A stretch of DNA of 63,935 nt, filler included, from Folioceros fuciformis (taxonomy: Eukaryota): NCBI GenBank assembly GCA_049999805.1. It is 11 parts of 11 records of this genome, joined end to end, with 100 filler letters (N's around TTAATTAATTAA, not from the genome) between each part and the next. Parts side by side here need not be neighbours in the genome. Positions count along the whole stretch, not along the records: positions 19,634 to 24,417 come from JBNGIO010001664.1; positions 24,518 to 40,534 come from JBNGIO010001665.1; 9 more parts are not named here. One strand, written 5' to 3'. Positions within the stretch are counted from its first letter, which is position 1. Every line of letters starts with the position of its first letter. This document shows, in pieces, positions 22,613-36,901 of this stretch. The notes under the pieces were generated by a model. The model had not been told where the DNA came from and ran no database searches. It worked only from the letters and a program-made list of their open reading frames with translations. The position numbers and the translations under genes are program-made.

Positions 22613-23960
22613 ATGGCGACACTGCTAGCCTCGATGCTCCTTGCCACCTTCCTAATGGTAACCCTCATCTGTGCCTGAGAGTGAGAGGCTTGCACGCTGT
22701 TGCCAACTTTCTTTGCAATTTAGTAGAAAGTGCAATCAGCGACAACAGCCAGTACTGATTCACGGAAACTTGTGTTCCTCTGCCTCCGTTCGAGATCAGA
22801 CGAGTCACTCGCATGCAGCGAGAGAGCATCCTCTCGACACGGCGATGCGCTCCAACAAGAACCCCGACGTGATGCAATCCTGGAGCAAGACGCTGCCGGG
22901 AGGGACCATGCCACTTTCTATGCAGGACCTGGTGTCCCCGCTCTCCACCGCGCAAGTCCATTCCTACAAGACCTCCATAGAGCGCGGCAGTATGACAACC
23001 GACCCCGCAGCCGCCGCAGCCTTCTGCTCCGCCGCCGACGTCCTCTGCCGCGGCCTGGACGACCTCCCAGCCGACGGCTCTGCGAAGATAGTGAGCCTGC
23101 AGTCCAGGAACCAGTATAACTACGGCGGCGGCGGGGACGTGCCACCGGCGGAGGTGGACGAGCTCGCTCGATCCACCTGGTTCCTGGAGAAGCATCTCAC
23201 AACGGGGCGAGGCGCGGACGGGACCCCGTATCAGGTCCCGGCATCTACCTTCTCCGACCAGCTGGAACGAGCGACGCGCCGCACCTTCCTCCCTCGCGCC
23301 CTGGCCGACTCCCTGACTACCCGCGACGTCTTCCAGAACCTCCACATCCCGGCCCACTCCGTGATGGGAGACGCCATGCGCCAAACCAGCGCCTTCTGCC
23401 TCTCCGGGGGTGGGATGCGCAACGGCGGCAACGGCGGCCTTGGGGGGATGCACTCGAAGCCCGGGGCCTGCGTCACGTCCTTGGAAGACATGGCGGACCA
23501 CGTGGCCAGGTCTCTAGCTCCCGCGGGCGGATTTCGGGACGGTGCCGAGATATCCATGGTCCAGGCTCTGGGCACCACCTCCTTCTCCTCGGACGACGCT
23601 GAGGTGATGCCAGGCGCGTTCCAGGTAGTAAAGGCGGAGCTCAAGGCGGACGAGAAGAGCATGTACACGTCGTGCCATTCTTTGATGTTCCCGTTCCAAG
23701 TGGCCTACTGCCACAGCATTCCTGTCACCAGGGTGTACTCCGTGACACTGAAATCCACCGCCAAGCCGGACGTGATCCTCACCAATGTGGTGCTCTGTCA
23801 CATGGATACCAGCGAATGGAGCCCGAGCCATGTGGCTTTCCAGGTGCTCGGGAACAAGCCCGGGGACAGTGAAGCCTGCCACTGGTCCAACTCTGACGGC
23901 TTCGCCTTCGTGTTTTCTGCTCCTCCTCCTCCTCCCTCCAGGCATGACAAAAACATTTGA
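22613..23960 (+). CDS. Secreted BURP-domain protein, PG1beta-like N-terminus; exons 22613-22657 and 22800-23960
   Basis: Spliced signal peptide MATLLASMLLATFLM|TSHSHA; SPLS...FCSAADVLC; WFLEKHL; TFLPRALADSL; CVTSLEDM; four CH motifs (SCH, YCH, LCHMDTSEWSPSHVAF, ACHW). Confidence 0.9.
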
Positions 23961-24369
23961 ACTGAGGTGCAAAACTTGCAATGGGCCCCTTGCCGTTGTC
24001 GGAGCCGAATACTGCATGTTCCGCCAAATGGACACACATTTTGCTCGCCACAGCATCGTGCAAGTTGTAAGTACACAGTACAAGTCCACGCCATCCACAA
24101 AATGGACTTAAATATAATTCTTATCTTTCTTCTATAACGTAACAACGTTGCACTCAAATTCGGAGCCAGGTATATTGAGTTTGAATATGGAAAGTTTGTA
24201 ATCCACTTAAACAGAAGTTTTCGTTTTCATACTCTTTATTGTGCAAGCAGTTCATCCTTTCTCCATTCTTCAACTAGTAGCAGTGAAACGAATATTTTTT
24301 ATGTATTAAACAAAATATTATGAAAAATTATCTACACCTAGAGAGGGAGATAAACTATGATAGAGACAT

Positions 24370-24417
24370 TAGGGTATAGGGTTTAGGGGTTAGGGTTTAG
24401 GGTTACATATATATAAT
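24370..24417. repeat. Short degenerate TTTAGGG tract plus (AT)n at a contig end
   Basis: agggtatagggtttaggggttagggtttagggttacatatatata. Confidence 0.6.
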
Positions 24418-24517
24418 NNNNNNNNNNNNNNNNNNNNNNNNNNNNNNNNNNNNNNNNNNNNTTAATTAATTAANNNNNNNNNNNNNNNNNNNNNNNNNNN
24501 NNNNNNNNNNNNNNNNN

Positions 24518-25861
24518 AGTGTGTGAGAGAAGAGAGTGTGTGGAGAAGAAGAAGTGTTAAAGAATACATGAGAAGAGTGAGTAAGAAGAGGAGGAGAAGG
24601 AGGCTCAGGAGCTGGAGTGAGTTGAGAAGATGAAAGTGAGGACTGATTTTTGTCTGTAGTTGAGAAGAGGGGGACGAATCCACCGCTACTGCAGTGGGGA
24701 GAGATTTCCTCCTTCCCTTATTCCCTGAACCATCAGCTGCGTGCTAAATCTAGTGAGGAGAGAGAGCTGGAAGACTGAAGAGAACTGTGGAAGATTGCTG
24801 GAGGAGATTTGTTGAGAAATCGTTAAGAAATTGCTAGGTGATTGTTTGCTAAGGTTTGGACGAGATTGCTGGGGAATTTCTTAGGAATCCCTGGATGTTT
24901 GTGGAGGACTGTGGAAGGCTACTGATGTTGCTGTAAGATTGCTGGAGACATTGTTGAAGAGCTGGAGAAAACGGCTGAGAAGATCGCAGGAGAATGGAGG
25001 AAGAATGCTGAAGATTGGATGTGAAATCTGGAGAGTTGCTGCGAGATTTCGAGGTGTTTGTGAGCGGCTATGGAAGCCTATGGAAACCCATGAGAGATTG
25101 TGAGGGATTGTGAGGAGTTGTGAAGGATTTGTTGGAGATTGGTGGGCATTGCTGAAGATTGAAGCCCTTGGGGGCAGGCCTGTGAGAATAATTGTGATCC
25201 AAAGCTCTTATGTGTGTTTTGTATATGTGTGGAGTGTTGCATGAGTGAGTGGGGAGGTGTGGCTGATCCGCAAGGCTTTGTTCCCCAAGGATCAGCCCTT
25301 GCATGTGTGGAGAGCATGGAATAACCCAGCTCTGTGAGTCTGGAAGGTCTAGGGCAGAAACCCGTCGCTGGAAACCCGTGGTGGCGCCTGCGCCGGAAAT
25401 AATTAGTTAGGGTTTGGGGTGGGACCCACCACGGAGGTAGTCGAAGCGGCTACCGGTAGTTGAAAGACGACGGAGGTAGCCGAAGCGGCTATCGGTAGTT
25501 GAAAGACGACGGAGGTAGCCAAAACGGCTACCGGTAGTTGAAAGATAACGGAGGTAGCCGAAGCGGCTACCGGTAGTTGAGACCCTACCTCGGTAGGTGA
25601 AGGGTCGGTAGTTGTAGAGACCCCCACCCCAGTAGCCGAGTAGGTCTGTTAGGTAATCCAAGGACGGAGGTAGGGGTAGTTGAACCTGTAGGTAGTGGAG
25701 CTGGGGTAGTTGAAGTCCAACCTAGGTAGTAACTGACTTTTAGAAGAAACCTGTGTTATTTGACACAAATCATTCCCTTGGGATTGAATCCCAGTGCTAT
25801 AACGACAAAGAGGGTTTGTGTGGACCTCGCAGCACCCCCGGGTGCAATATTTTCCCCCACA
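24518..25861 (-). mobile_element. Long repeat, probably an LTR (at least 1.3 kb); inverted copy of 58762-60118
   Basis: Co-linear similarity with 58762-60118 that stops sharply at the terminus TGTGGGGGAAAATATTGCACC. Confidence 0.75.
25431..25582. repeat. 39-bp hairpin tandem repeat, four copies
   Basis: Units start at 25431, 25470, 25509 and 25548; consensus stem-loop GGTAGCCG-AAG-CGGCTACC. Confidence 0.92.
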
Positions 25862-28263
25862 GTATGTGATGTCCTGTACATAGAATTGGGTGAAGAGAGA
25901 TGAATGGAGGAGGATGGGGATGCCATGCCATGGGGGATTACACACGGGCAAAGCATTTACTGGATTAGAGATTGAGACACAAGCATCGAACTCTATTTTC
26001 TGACATCTCATTCCTGGCATCACAGGTCATAGTGAGGTATTTACATCTCGTCTTTATAGCACCTCTTTATGGTAAACTTGTGATAATCCCGTAATTACGA
26101 GTCGTGAACAAGCTTGCCACTCAATTGTGCGCAGCCCTGCTACCTTGACAATCATTCTTGCTTGTAGACCAATTTAGGGTTGAGGCCACAACATCGAGAA
26201 AGCTCCTAAATGGAAGGGGAGGAGCGTGAGATGGCTCTCCAAATTCCTGCAGTGATGGACGTGGATAGCCGTGAGGACACAAAATTGGCAATGCCGTAGA
26301 ATGGCCGTAGAGAGAAGATTTTATTAGCTCTGAGTGTAGAGGGTTTTATTAACTATGAGTGTGTTGTGTGCTCTCCAAATTTGTTGTCTTCCCTGCGGAC
26401 ATTCATATCTATTGCAATAGTGGCTTTGCATAAGGAATTGCTGGAGTCTAATGGGAGATAAAGATAACGACGGTCACGTCGGATCCATGTCGTTCTCGGT
26501 TAAGCAAAACCAAGTGCACAATAGAGCTTTGTGGAAGACGGGCGGGAAACTTGCTTAAGCAAAACCAATGGTTTGAGGAAGAAGTATGTTTTGCGGGCTG
26601 CTAAAGTAATAAAATGAACGGGGTATTAAAATGGGCTATACCTAGTAAATCATTGATCGTAATAACATTGTTAAATATGCCATGGGTCCGCATTACAATT
26701 GCGTCGGAGTTTCTTTATCTTGGGTGTGTCAGTGTGTGTCAGTACGGTAGCTACTGACAAGTGTCAGAAGAGAGAAGCTGCCATGTCACCATGGCATGAC
26801 CGCGCAGTGTACAAGGGTTTACATGCACCACCCAATCCCGCCTCTCTATTTCCTGAGAGGGTGGTCATGACCACTGTAATAAACCCGGCCTAATTCTTCA
26901 GTCGCCAGACAACGCTGCGAACCAAGAATGGCCGTGTCCCAGTAGACGCCGTACGTTGGCATCTTGAAAGAAAATACAGCATCTCACCCGTCGTGAGTGG
27001 CCCAGCTGTAGGCGTGAGTTATGTAGAGGGCGAACCCAGCAAGCTGAGTCGAAAAAGGTCACGAAATGGGCTGGCCCCGGGCCTGTGGTGGGGGGTGTGG
27101 GAGCTGAAGCTGGCGACAGATCAGATGGAACGTCGACCGCGTTAATCGCGAATATACGTCCCACCATACCTCCAAGATTCTCTGGAGAAAAATATCCGAA
27201 ACATTCGATTGTGTTGTCTTTCGAATAGTTCACATCATTGTTGAAAGCAATCTGATGGCAATGTTAACGAAGCATGTTGATGTTGGACGCAAGCGTAAGC
27301 CATCTGTAACAAAGGAGGAGAACTAAGACGCGAGCGAAGGCTGATCCGTTGTACCACTCTCGTTCGAACAAGTGGCTGCAAAAAGTAGACTCCCGGGTCA
27401 GCGGGCGGTTTCCACCATCCTTGTTGCTTATTCAGAATGACTTGCCTGGAGTCATCCCTGTGTGAATACTTTCACTGCACGCATGTCGGTAGCCACAGTA
27501 AAAACTGATCATATATACAGGTGGGCTGCCAATTTGGGAAGAAAGCCTTCGATCGGCAAGCTTTTCCGAACCTACAGTGGGAGAGAACCCCGTAGGAATG
27601 AACAAGGTAACAGGTAAGAGTGGAGTAGTTTGTCCGGGCCGGGGACGTGCGCGGTGGGTACAGCTAAAGGAGGAGAAGAGAAAATAAGCTATGCAAACGC
27701 TGTTGCACTTGGTGCTTTACACAGTAGAGGAGCATCTACCTGTACACGTTGACCACGCGTAAGACAGGAATGTGTTGGTCCAGGCTGCCAGCCTGAAGGT
27801 TGTTTTTAGATATAATGCACTCTCTTGTCTTGTCTGAAACAATCTGTCAGACATGCCGTGTGCTTTGCACAATCGAGTTTACTCATTGACTCTGGCAAAC
27901 CCGGAGAGGCTCCGTGTGCGTGCTAAAGCAGCTCGGCAGGGAGAAGTTGGGAGATTGTGATTGGTGTGCAATGCATATCCGTACCAAGTTATTTTCATGC
28001 TATAGGCGCCAGTCATGCATGAAGCAAGGAGTTCTGGCACGCCGTCACGGATTCCCTCCCTTCTCCTTGGGAGACTGTCTTGTCCCTCTCTCCGTGAAGC
28101 TGGTCAACTTGAACCAGAGAACACTGCCCGAACAGTTGACAAACACACTTCTTCGCTCTGCGGACGGACAAAGATGAAACTCAAACTCTAGTCTTCTTCC
28201 AGTTGTGCTGGTCCCCTGGAGGCCTGTTATGATACAGACTCCAGAAACTGGGCTTCAGGAGAC

Positions 28264-31200
28264 ATGTCCCTCTTAAGGCGGACTTCTTCCAAAGCCCAAG
28301 GCTCCGATTTTGAGCTGCAAGACTTTGATGACAGCTTGGACAATTCTGTACGAGGTCGCCTTGGCAGGTTTGTGAGAAGCATCGCTGTGAACCGGAGTGG
28401 CTTGGATATCCGGGCTGGTTCCCTCCAAATTCCTCACCAATGGATCGTCAAGCCAACAGCTGGGTGAGTCGAGCATCTGGGCCCCGAGGTTTCTTGATTC
28501 TATGGTGATTCAGCTTGATCTGCGATGCAAGTTCTTGCGCGTGTACACGCTGGCTTCTGACGAGTGATGGTTTGGCCAGAACATACTGGTTGTGGAGCAG
28601 GTTTCTCGTCTTGTGGGCAGTTTACTCTTCGTTATTCACGCCATTCGAGTTCGGATTCTTTCGTGGGTTGCCGCGGGCGTTGTGGGTCATGGACATTGTT
28701 GTGCAGTTCGTGTTCTTTGCTGACATCATTCTCACCCTCTTCGTGGGATTCGAGGATGTGGAGACTTTCAAGTTTGTCACCAATTTCAGGTCCATCGCGT
28801 GGAGGTAATTTTGGACTTATCGTTCCACTCCTTCTCGCTCTTTTGTCTCGCGTGTCTCGCTCAAATATCGCTAGCTACTATTATGGTTTCTTTGGTCCAG
28901 CACAGTTTCCAAAACATCATGCCCGAATGTTGCAGGTATGCCAAGAAAGACTTGATACCAGATTTCCTTGCTTGCTTACCATGGGACTCCATCTACAGAG
29001 TAACTGTTGTCTGAGTGGCATGAGGCAGTAGTTCTTTTCTGTTGGGCAACTCGGTTATTATCTGTGAGGTCTGATGAGTTCTTCTGACACAGGGTACAGG
29101 GAGAAAAGAAGGGGTTAGGTTTCTGGTGTGGGTGCGACTCTACCGTGTTCGCAAGGTTACAGGCTTCTTTGAAGCTTTGGAAAAAGATATACGGATCAAC
29201 TACTTTGCCACCAGAATAGCGAAGCTGATATTTGTGGAGCTGTATTGCACCCATGTTGCTGCTTGTCTTTTCTATTACCTTGCCACGACAGTATCACCAG
29301 CCCACGAGAACGACACTTGGATTGGCAGTCTTCAACTAGGGGATCGATCGTATGAAAACTTCCGACATATTGACGTGGGTACAAGATATGTTACCTCACT
29401 GTACTGGGCCGTCCTCACTATGTCAACAGTAGGTAAGCATTCTGTCAATTGCTGGAAACTGGAGGCATTTTTCTTCTCTTTCAAGCTCTTGCCTATCGAG
29501 AAGCACATTATCCGCTTGCAACTCAGACATTTGGTGAGCTGTACCCTGGTTATGGGTGCAGGGTACGGAGATATCCATGCTGTCAATGTACGGGAGATGC
29601 TCTTTCTCATACTTTTTGTCTCGACGGACATGTTATTGGGAGCTTACCTGGTGGGTAACATGACAGCACTAATCGTCAAAGGCTCCAACACGGAGAGATT
29701 TCGGGACAGGATGACAGGACTGATCAAGTACATGAACAGAAACTCCTTGGACAGAGATCTCAGGCATCAGATGATAAACCATTTACGCCTGCAATTTGAA
29801 ACCCAATCAACAGATGACAGTGTCATTGAAGATCTTCCACTACTTATACGATCTAAGGTTTTTCTCCTGTTTCGATCTTCTCCTTTGAGCTGTTTCACTC
29901 TCTCTGGAGCCTTTAGCACATCCAGGCTCGCATTTACTCAGGCAGGGATTCCGGCTGGATGTTCCCTCCATAGGTTGCTCAAGAACTGTACCGTGACACC
30001 CTGGAGCGTGTGTCACTCTTCAAAGGCTGCACCAGCGAGTTCATCAGCCAGATTGTAAGTACAGGTGTTCGACTTGCAAGCTTTGATGAGAATGAGGGAA
30101 TCGTGAACTAAGAGATGCACGATCTCCCGCTGTCTTTGCAGGTCTCGAGAGTCAGAGAAGAGTACTTCCTACCTGGTGAGGTGGTACTAGAACAAAGAGA
30201 TGCAGTTGATCAGTTGTACATCATTTCATATGGGTTACTGGTAAGCCTTTTGCTGATACTGTTGTTAAAAATTTGTTTGGAAAACTTGAGCAAGCAGGAG
30301 CCTTACTGGTGGTCATCACTACAGGAGGAAGTAGTGGTTGGGGACGACGGTGGGGAAAGGATTGCTGCCCACCTGGAGAAGTACAGCGTTTTTGGGGAAG
30401 TCGGGGTGCTCTGCAATGTTCCTCAACCTCTCACAGTTCGAGTGGCTGAGCTTAGCAAGTTGCTGCGGTTGGATAAGCAGTCTTTCACAAACTTGTTGAA
30501 AATCTACTTCTTGGATGGTCGTCAGATTATTGCCAACATGCTTGTGGTACAACTTTTGGCGGTCTTTCAAATGTTTTCACAGCCTGCCTTCCATCCTGCA
30601 GTATGCTACATGCAGGAAGTTACACATACGTGTGTCTCACAAAAATCTTGGGGCTTGCCAGGGTCATGAATCTGAACACCACCTGCGTCAGAGAGAAGCA
30701 GACATCAAGTATGTGATTTCAAAGCAAGATGCTGAATTGGGTTTGATGCTGATCCAAGCTGCCTTCAACGGCGATGTGCACGACGTGAGACAGCTCATCA
30801 AGGCTGGTGCAGATCCGAACCGGACAGACTATGATGGGCGAAGTGCTTTGGTACGCTGCCTTTCCTTGATTATTCCTCGGCTTCCTCAATTTACCTCCAG
30901 GCCTCTTTCGCCTTGTTCTTAAGAGTACGGTAGTTAGTAGGCATTTACCGTGCCTTCCTGCAATTCTTTCGCAGCATCTTGCGGCTTCCAGAGGCTTCGA
31001 TGAGATTGTTGTGTTCCTCATGAGTCAGAACGCAGATGTCAATGCAATCGGTAAACTGCTCGTAGCCTTCTCCGCACTCAATCTTATCTTCAATTTCCAG
31101 ACACTCAACCATCTTGGTTGCAATACAGATAGTAGTGGCGTCACTCCTTTGCTGGAGGCCTTGAGAGGTGGACACGCTGTCACGGCGGAAGCGCTGTATG

Positions 31201-32251
31201 AAAAGGGTGCTCGGCTGTTACTCCAAGACGCTGGAGCCTTTCTCTGCAACGTGGCAACTAGAGGAGATATTGAGTTCCTGAAGCGCTTGCTTGCGTATGG
31301 TGCGGATCCCAACGCTACTGATTATGATCTTCGAACTCCACTCCATCTCGCAGCTTCCGAAGGGTTGCATTTGATAGTGAGTGTGCTGGTGGGCGCGGGA
31401 GCCAACATCAACGCCAAAGACAGGTTCGTACTTGAAGTTCTTCTCGCTATCCATCTCACCTCAAATCGCATATGACGTCGTCCGGCTGCAGATGGGGCTG
31501 CACGCCTCTGGATGATGCTAGAAGAGCAGCCAACGGAATCGTTATTACTATACTGGAAACGTACAGCAACGAAGGACAGCAAAGTACGTCACCTGGTCAT
31601 CAGCCTGAGAAGGACGTAGTTCCAGGTTAGATTGTAAAATATCGAGACTGAAATTGCATTGCCACCAAGCCTTGTCCGACTGAAACACTGATAAACTCCT
31701 GTTGAACAGATTGCATAGCTGCAGCAGCTGCCCGAAAGAAACAGATCGAATACTTGCTGGAAAGGGTACGAGCTGGGGCGTCTACTAATGAAATAACAGG
31801 ATCCTCGCTAGCAGCGACATCTCCGAAGTTGGGTACGACGTTAACTTTTCAAGAGAGTCAGGGCCGAAGAAGCCACAGCCCCGTAAAAGTCGAGGAGTGT
31901 GGTCTGGAAGTTGGGGAATTGTCGAATCCCACAGACACATCTGCCAATCCAGGCTTTGTGGCAGGCAACAGGGTCGGCACAAGAAAACATCTTTCACCAA
32001 TGCGCGTCACAATATTTCCACACCACCCCTGGTCTCCAACAGAGAGGAGAAAGACAGGAGTGGTTGTTTGGCTACCGACAACTCTGGACCAGCTGCTTGG
32101 CATGGCCGTGGAGCAATTCGGAGGCCCTCGTTCCTTTGTTCTGAATTCGGATGGAGGAGAGATACGCAGTCTTGATCTTATAGCGAGTGACGATAAGCTG
32201 TACATCGTAGGCAACCTTCATTCCAGAGAAGCGGTAACCAATGAGGAATAA
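28264..32251 (+). CDS. Outward-rectifying Shaker K+ channel (SKOR/GORK clade), multi-exon
   Basis: S4 WVRLYRVRKV...EKDIRINY; pore YWAVLTMSTV|GYGDIHAVN; S6 DMLLGAYLVGNMTALIVKGSNTERFRD; CNBD EEYFLPGEVV; ankyrin repeats DYDGRSALH and DYDLRTPLH; C-terminal KHA domain RVTIFPHHPW...DDKLYIV. Confidence 0.95.
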
Positions 32252-32401
32252 GGTACTGAGCTATCTGTTCTGGATCTCCAAAGGGCATCCACGGCACATG
32301 GGTAAGCGTCTGCAGTCCACTCCGTAAGATGCATGGTACAACGGGTCTGGTTTCATCTGGAGGCGCCCGCTCGCCAAAACGACCAGTCAGAAGGCCATCA
32401 C

Positions 32402-33030
32402 CTACCTCCTGGGAACTTTAGTTCGTTTGATTTCTTGGTCCATGGCATTCAACTTATTCTGAATGGCCAAAATCTTCGCGATCTTGCTGCCAATCACTGG
32501 GGAAGGTGAAGACTTGGCAGCAGCTTCAGCGGAGTGGTTTTCAATACAAAACCCTGCCTTTTCCGTCACCATCTTCTCATCCACAAACCGAACAACGAGG
32601 GGCCGACCAAAGGCCAGTCTCCCATTCATCCGGGCTTTCGCAGTTTCAGCATCCTGCAAGAGCGAGCTCGGTCTGTAAGGCTGAAGCAAAAAGGTATTAA
32701 CGACTATGACACCACTCTGGAGAAGAAAGCTTCAGCGTGCGATGTTGGCTAACCTCACGTTTGCAGTATTCCACAAATGCAAATCCACGAGGTTCCCCCC
32801 GCCTGGGACCATGAGTGTGCCACATGTAGTCTTCAAACCTGATCTTCCCAAAAGGCGAGAAGAGCCTGATAACGTGGTATCTGCAGGCCCAGGCAACGCA
32901 ATGAGCGATTCAACAAGACGATCACGTCATAGCAAAACGCATTCCGCATCACACTCACTCCGTGACGCGGTGATCCAGATTGCCCACATACAATTTGTTC
33001 TCGCGCCTCTCCTCGTCTAAACCAGGATCC
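32402..33030 (-). CDS. RBM18-like single-RRM RNA-binding protein; start exon unresolved
   Basis: Spliced ENKLYVGNLDHRVTE|YHVIRLFSPFGKI...WHTHGPRRGEPRGFAFVEY|DAETAKARMNGRLAFGRPLVVRF...KILAIQNKL. Confidence 0.85.
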
Positions 33031-34144
33031 TGTGACGCAAATTAAACCGATTGAGATCCATCCTTCAAATCCGGCCTGAACAAAAATCGCGACACCAAGA
33101 CTCACGTGCCCTCGCTTGAGAGCACTGATTCCACTTTGCCGCCGCTTGCTCCACTCATCTGAAAGACAAGAAATCAGAAATCACAGACGGTACCCAATGC
33201 AGTTCCAAGGACAAGCACCAGTAGGTCACATCAAGCCTCCTCATCTAGCTCAGTAGCTTCAAATGTGACACGGAAACAAACCTGGTTTGTTGCTGGGCGC
33301 TGCTGCTCTCTCCATACCACCTGGTCACGCTAAACAGCAACATTGCCACCGCCCTTCAGGCCATGCCTGGCGGCATCGTCAGAGTCGTCGTCAAGCACCT
33401 GAAGCAGACCTTGCCCGCCTGCCTGACCGAAGTGCACGAACCCTAAATTTTGTGCGAGTCCAGCGACTTAGGCCTCAGTTTGCGGCATGGAAGCTTCCAA
33501 AGGACAGCGAGGCAAAACAAGCCACTCAGTTAAGGTTGAGTCTGATGGACGAGTCCGCCTTCACAGCTCCGAGGTACCGCTGAAGATGACCCACGTAACC
33601 TCGTTGCCCTGAGCTGGTCGTGGAATGCTACAGCTACTGGTTCTTCAGGGACGTGCACCTACACATGTCTGATTCTGGTCGACACCTTGAGTGAAAGAGA
33701 GGTGTACATAGGAACCAGCGACGAAGTCGCTCCCAGTACTCGGAAATCCAAGAGGGACGTCGTAGGCGTAGCCGTAGGCAGGAAGAGGGTCAGGTGTGAA
33801 TTCTTCCACGGCCGTGAAATTCTCCATGGTTTGACCGTCATTATTCTGGATAGGCATAGACGGCCTATGCAGAGACGAGAATGCGCAGAGTTCATCAGCG
33901 ACATGTGCTTAAGGAACAAAGGCACATCAGAAATCATAGCGTAGCCAGGAACCACTCCGATATGTTGTTCCCTCTCTTTGGGGCAGGCGGTGGTCCACAT
34001 TTGGACGATGATATCATGAAGGCAATGACCATAGTTGGCCTCGTCGTACCAGGCTTATGAACATCCAGACTGTTTCATACCACAGTGCACTTGTAACAGA
34101 GTGCATCGTGCCCTGAACAATGGTGTGCAGCAGATGATTCTTCC

Positions 34145-34345
34145 TAGCACGAGCCCATCTTCCATCAGCGTGGAGCGGGGCTCATCAGAGCTCTTCCGAA
34201 ATCCCCGGGTCTAAAGGGTGTACCAGAAGCTGGACGAGGATGATCACACTATCCTACCTCCCGAACCGTCCCTGCTTCCAGGCTCTTGTGCAGGAAACGT
34301 TCCGCCTTCGTCCGTCCGGGCCGATAATGATTCCAACAAGACCAA
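34145..34345 (+). pseudogene. Cytochrome P450 fragment (I-helix to K-helix)
   Basis: Frameshifted SSISVE../SELFRNPRV*...KLDE, then LSYLPNRPCFQALVQETFRLRPSGPIMIP (ExxR motif); no heme-binding FxxGxRxC motif seen nearby. Confidence 0.7.
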
Positions 34346-35217
34346 TGATCGTATATAATTCCTTAAACTTTATGTATACTGTGGATGGAAGCACCATCAA
34401 ACCGTCTATGTGTTCAGAGTGAAGACCCATATGGTGATTTGAAGCTTACTCGTCATGACGCCCCTTGGTTGGTGCTCCTGGGGCCCAGAAACTTACCGAA
34501 TCGGACGGCAGGCTTCCACATTCTTTATTATGAGCCGTAACCTCAACAGCTCGCCTCAGACTGGTCCAAATCCTTCAACCCATCTGCGAGATAGATGAGA
34601 GCTGAAGTACGACGATCTCGTTGCGTGTTGTTCCAGAGCTGGCCTAGGTCTCTCACCCGTTCACGGAGGGCTTCGTTGTGTACAAGTGCATGCGCCAAAT
34701 TTCAATTAATTTCAAGTAATTTAGAGTTCGTACACAATTATCGAAAGTCTGGTTTCTGTGTCAGCCTACAAAGCGTCCCTCGTCTCCAGAGACTTAGCTC
34801 CGAAACGACTTGGAGGTATTCACCTTTTAGTGGGCTCGCCTCTAACGCCTCATCCGAAATCCAAGCACCGACTGCATGCTGGGACACCCCAGCAAACGTG
34901 AAGAATGAGCCCACGACAAGATAATTTTTGCACTCTACAAAGTCAACAAAAGCGGCTCAAACCTAGCCTGTGCTATGGTGTAATCCAGCTCGGGTCAGTC
35001 CCTTAAGCATGATAACTCTCAACATCATGGACAACCTTGGAAGTGCGTCTGGAGGCAAGCCCTGGTGCATTTCTGAGATGCACAGCTACAAGAGTTAGCG
35101 GCTAACAATATGGATCCGAAGTCATATCCTTGTTTCTAACGAGGGTAAGCTTACGTCGTGATGTATGCCTCGTTCTGCACATGAGCCACCACTTTCCATC
35201 TGATTCTCGAGTAAGGC

Positions 35218-36901
<1,684 letters not shown>

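Noticed and set aside
24370..24403. True telomere
   Set aside because: Only about five degenerate units followed by (AT)n; better explained as an interstitial telo-like tract
25431..25582. 39-bp hairpin repeats (also at ~59080-59272) as a CRISPR array
   Set aside because: Units are head-to-tail with no unique spacers, there are no cas genes, and the context is a plant repeat element
26898..27233. 111-aa minus-strand ORF upstream of the K+ channel
   Set aside because: No recognisable family, and no supported start or splice model
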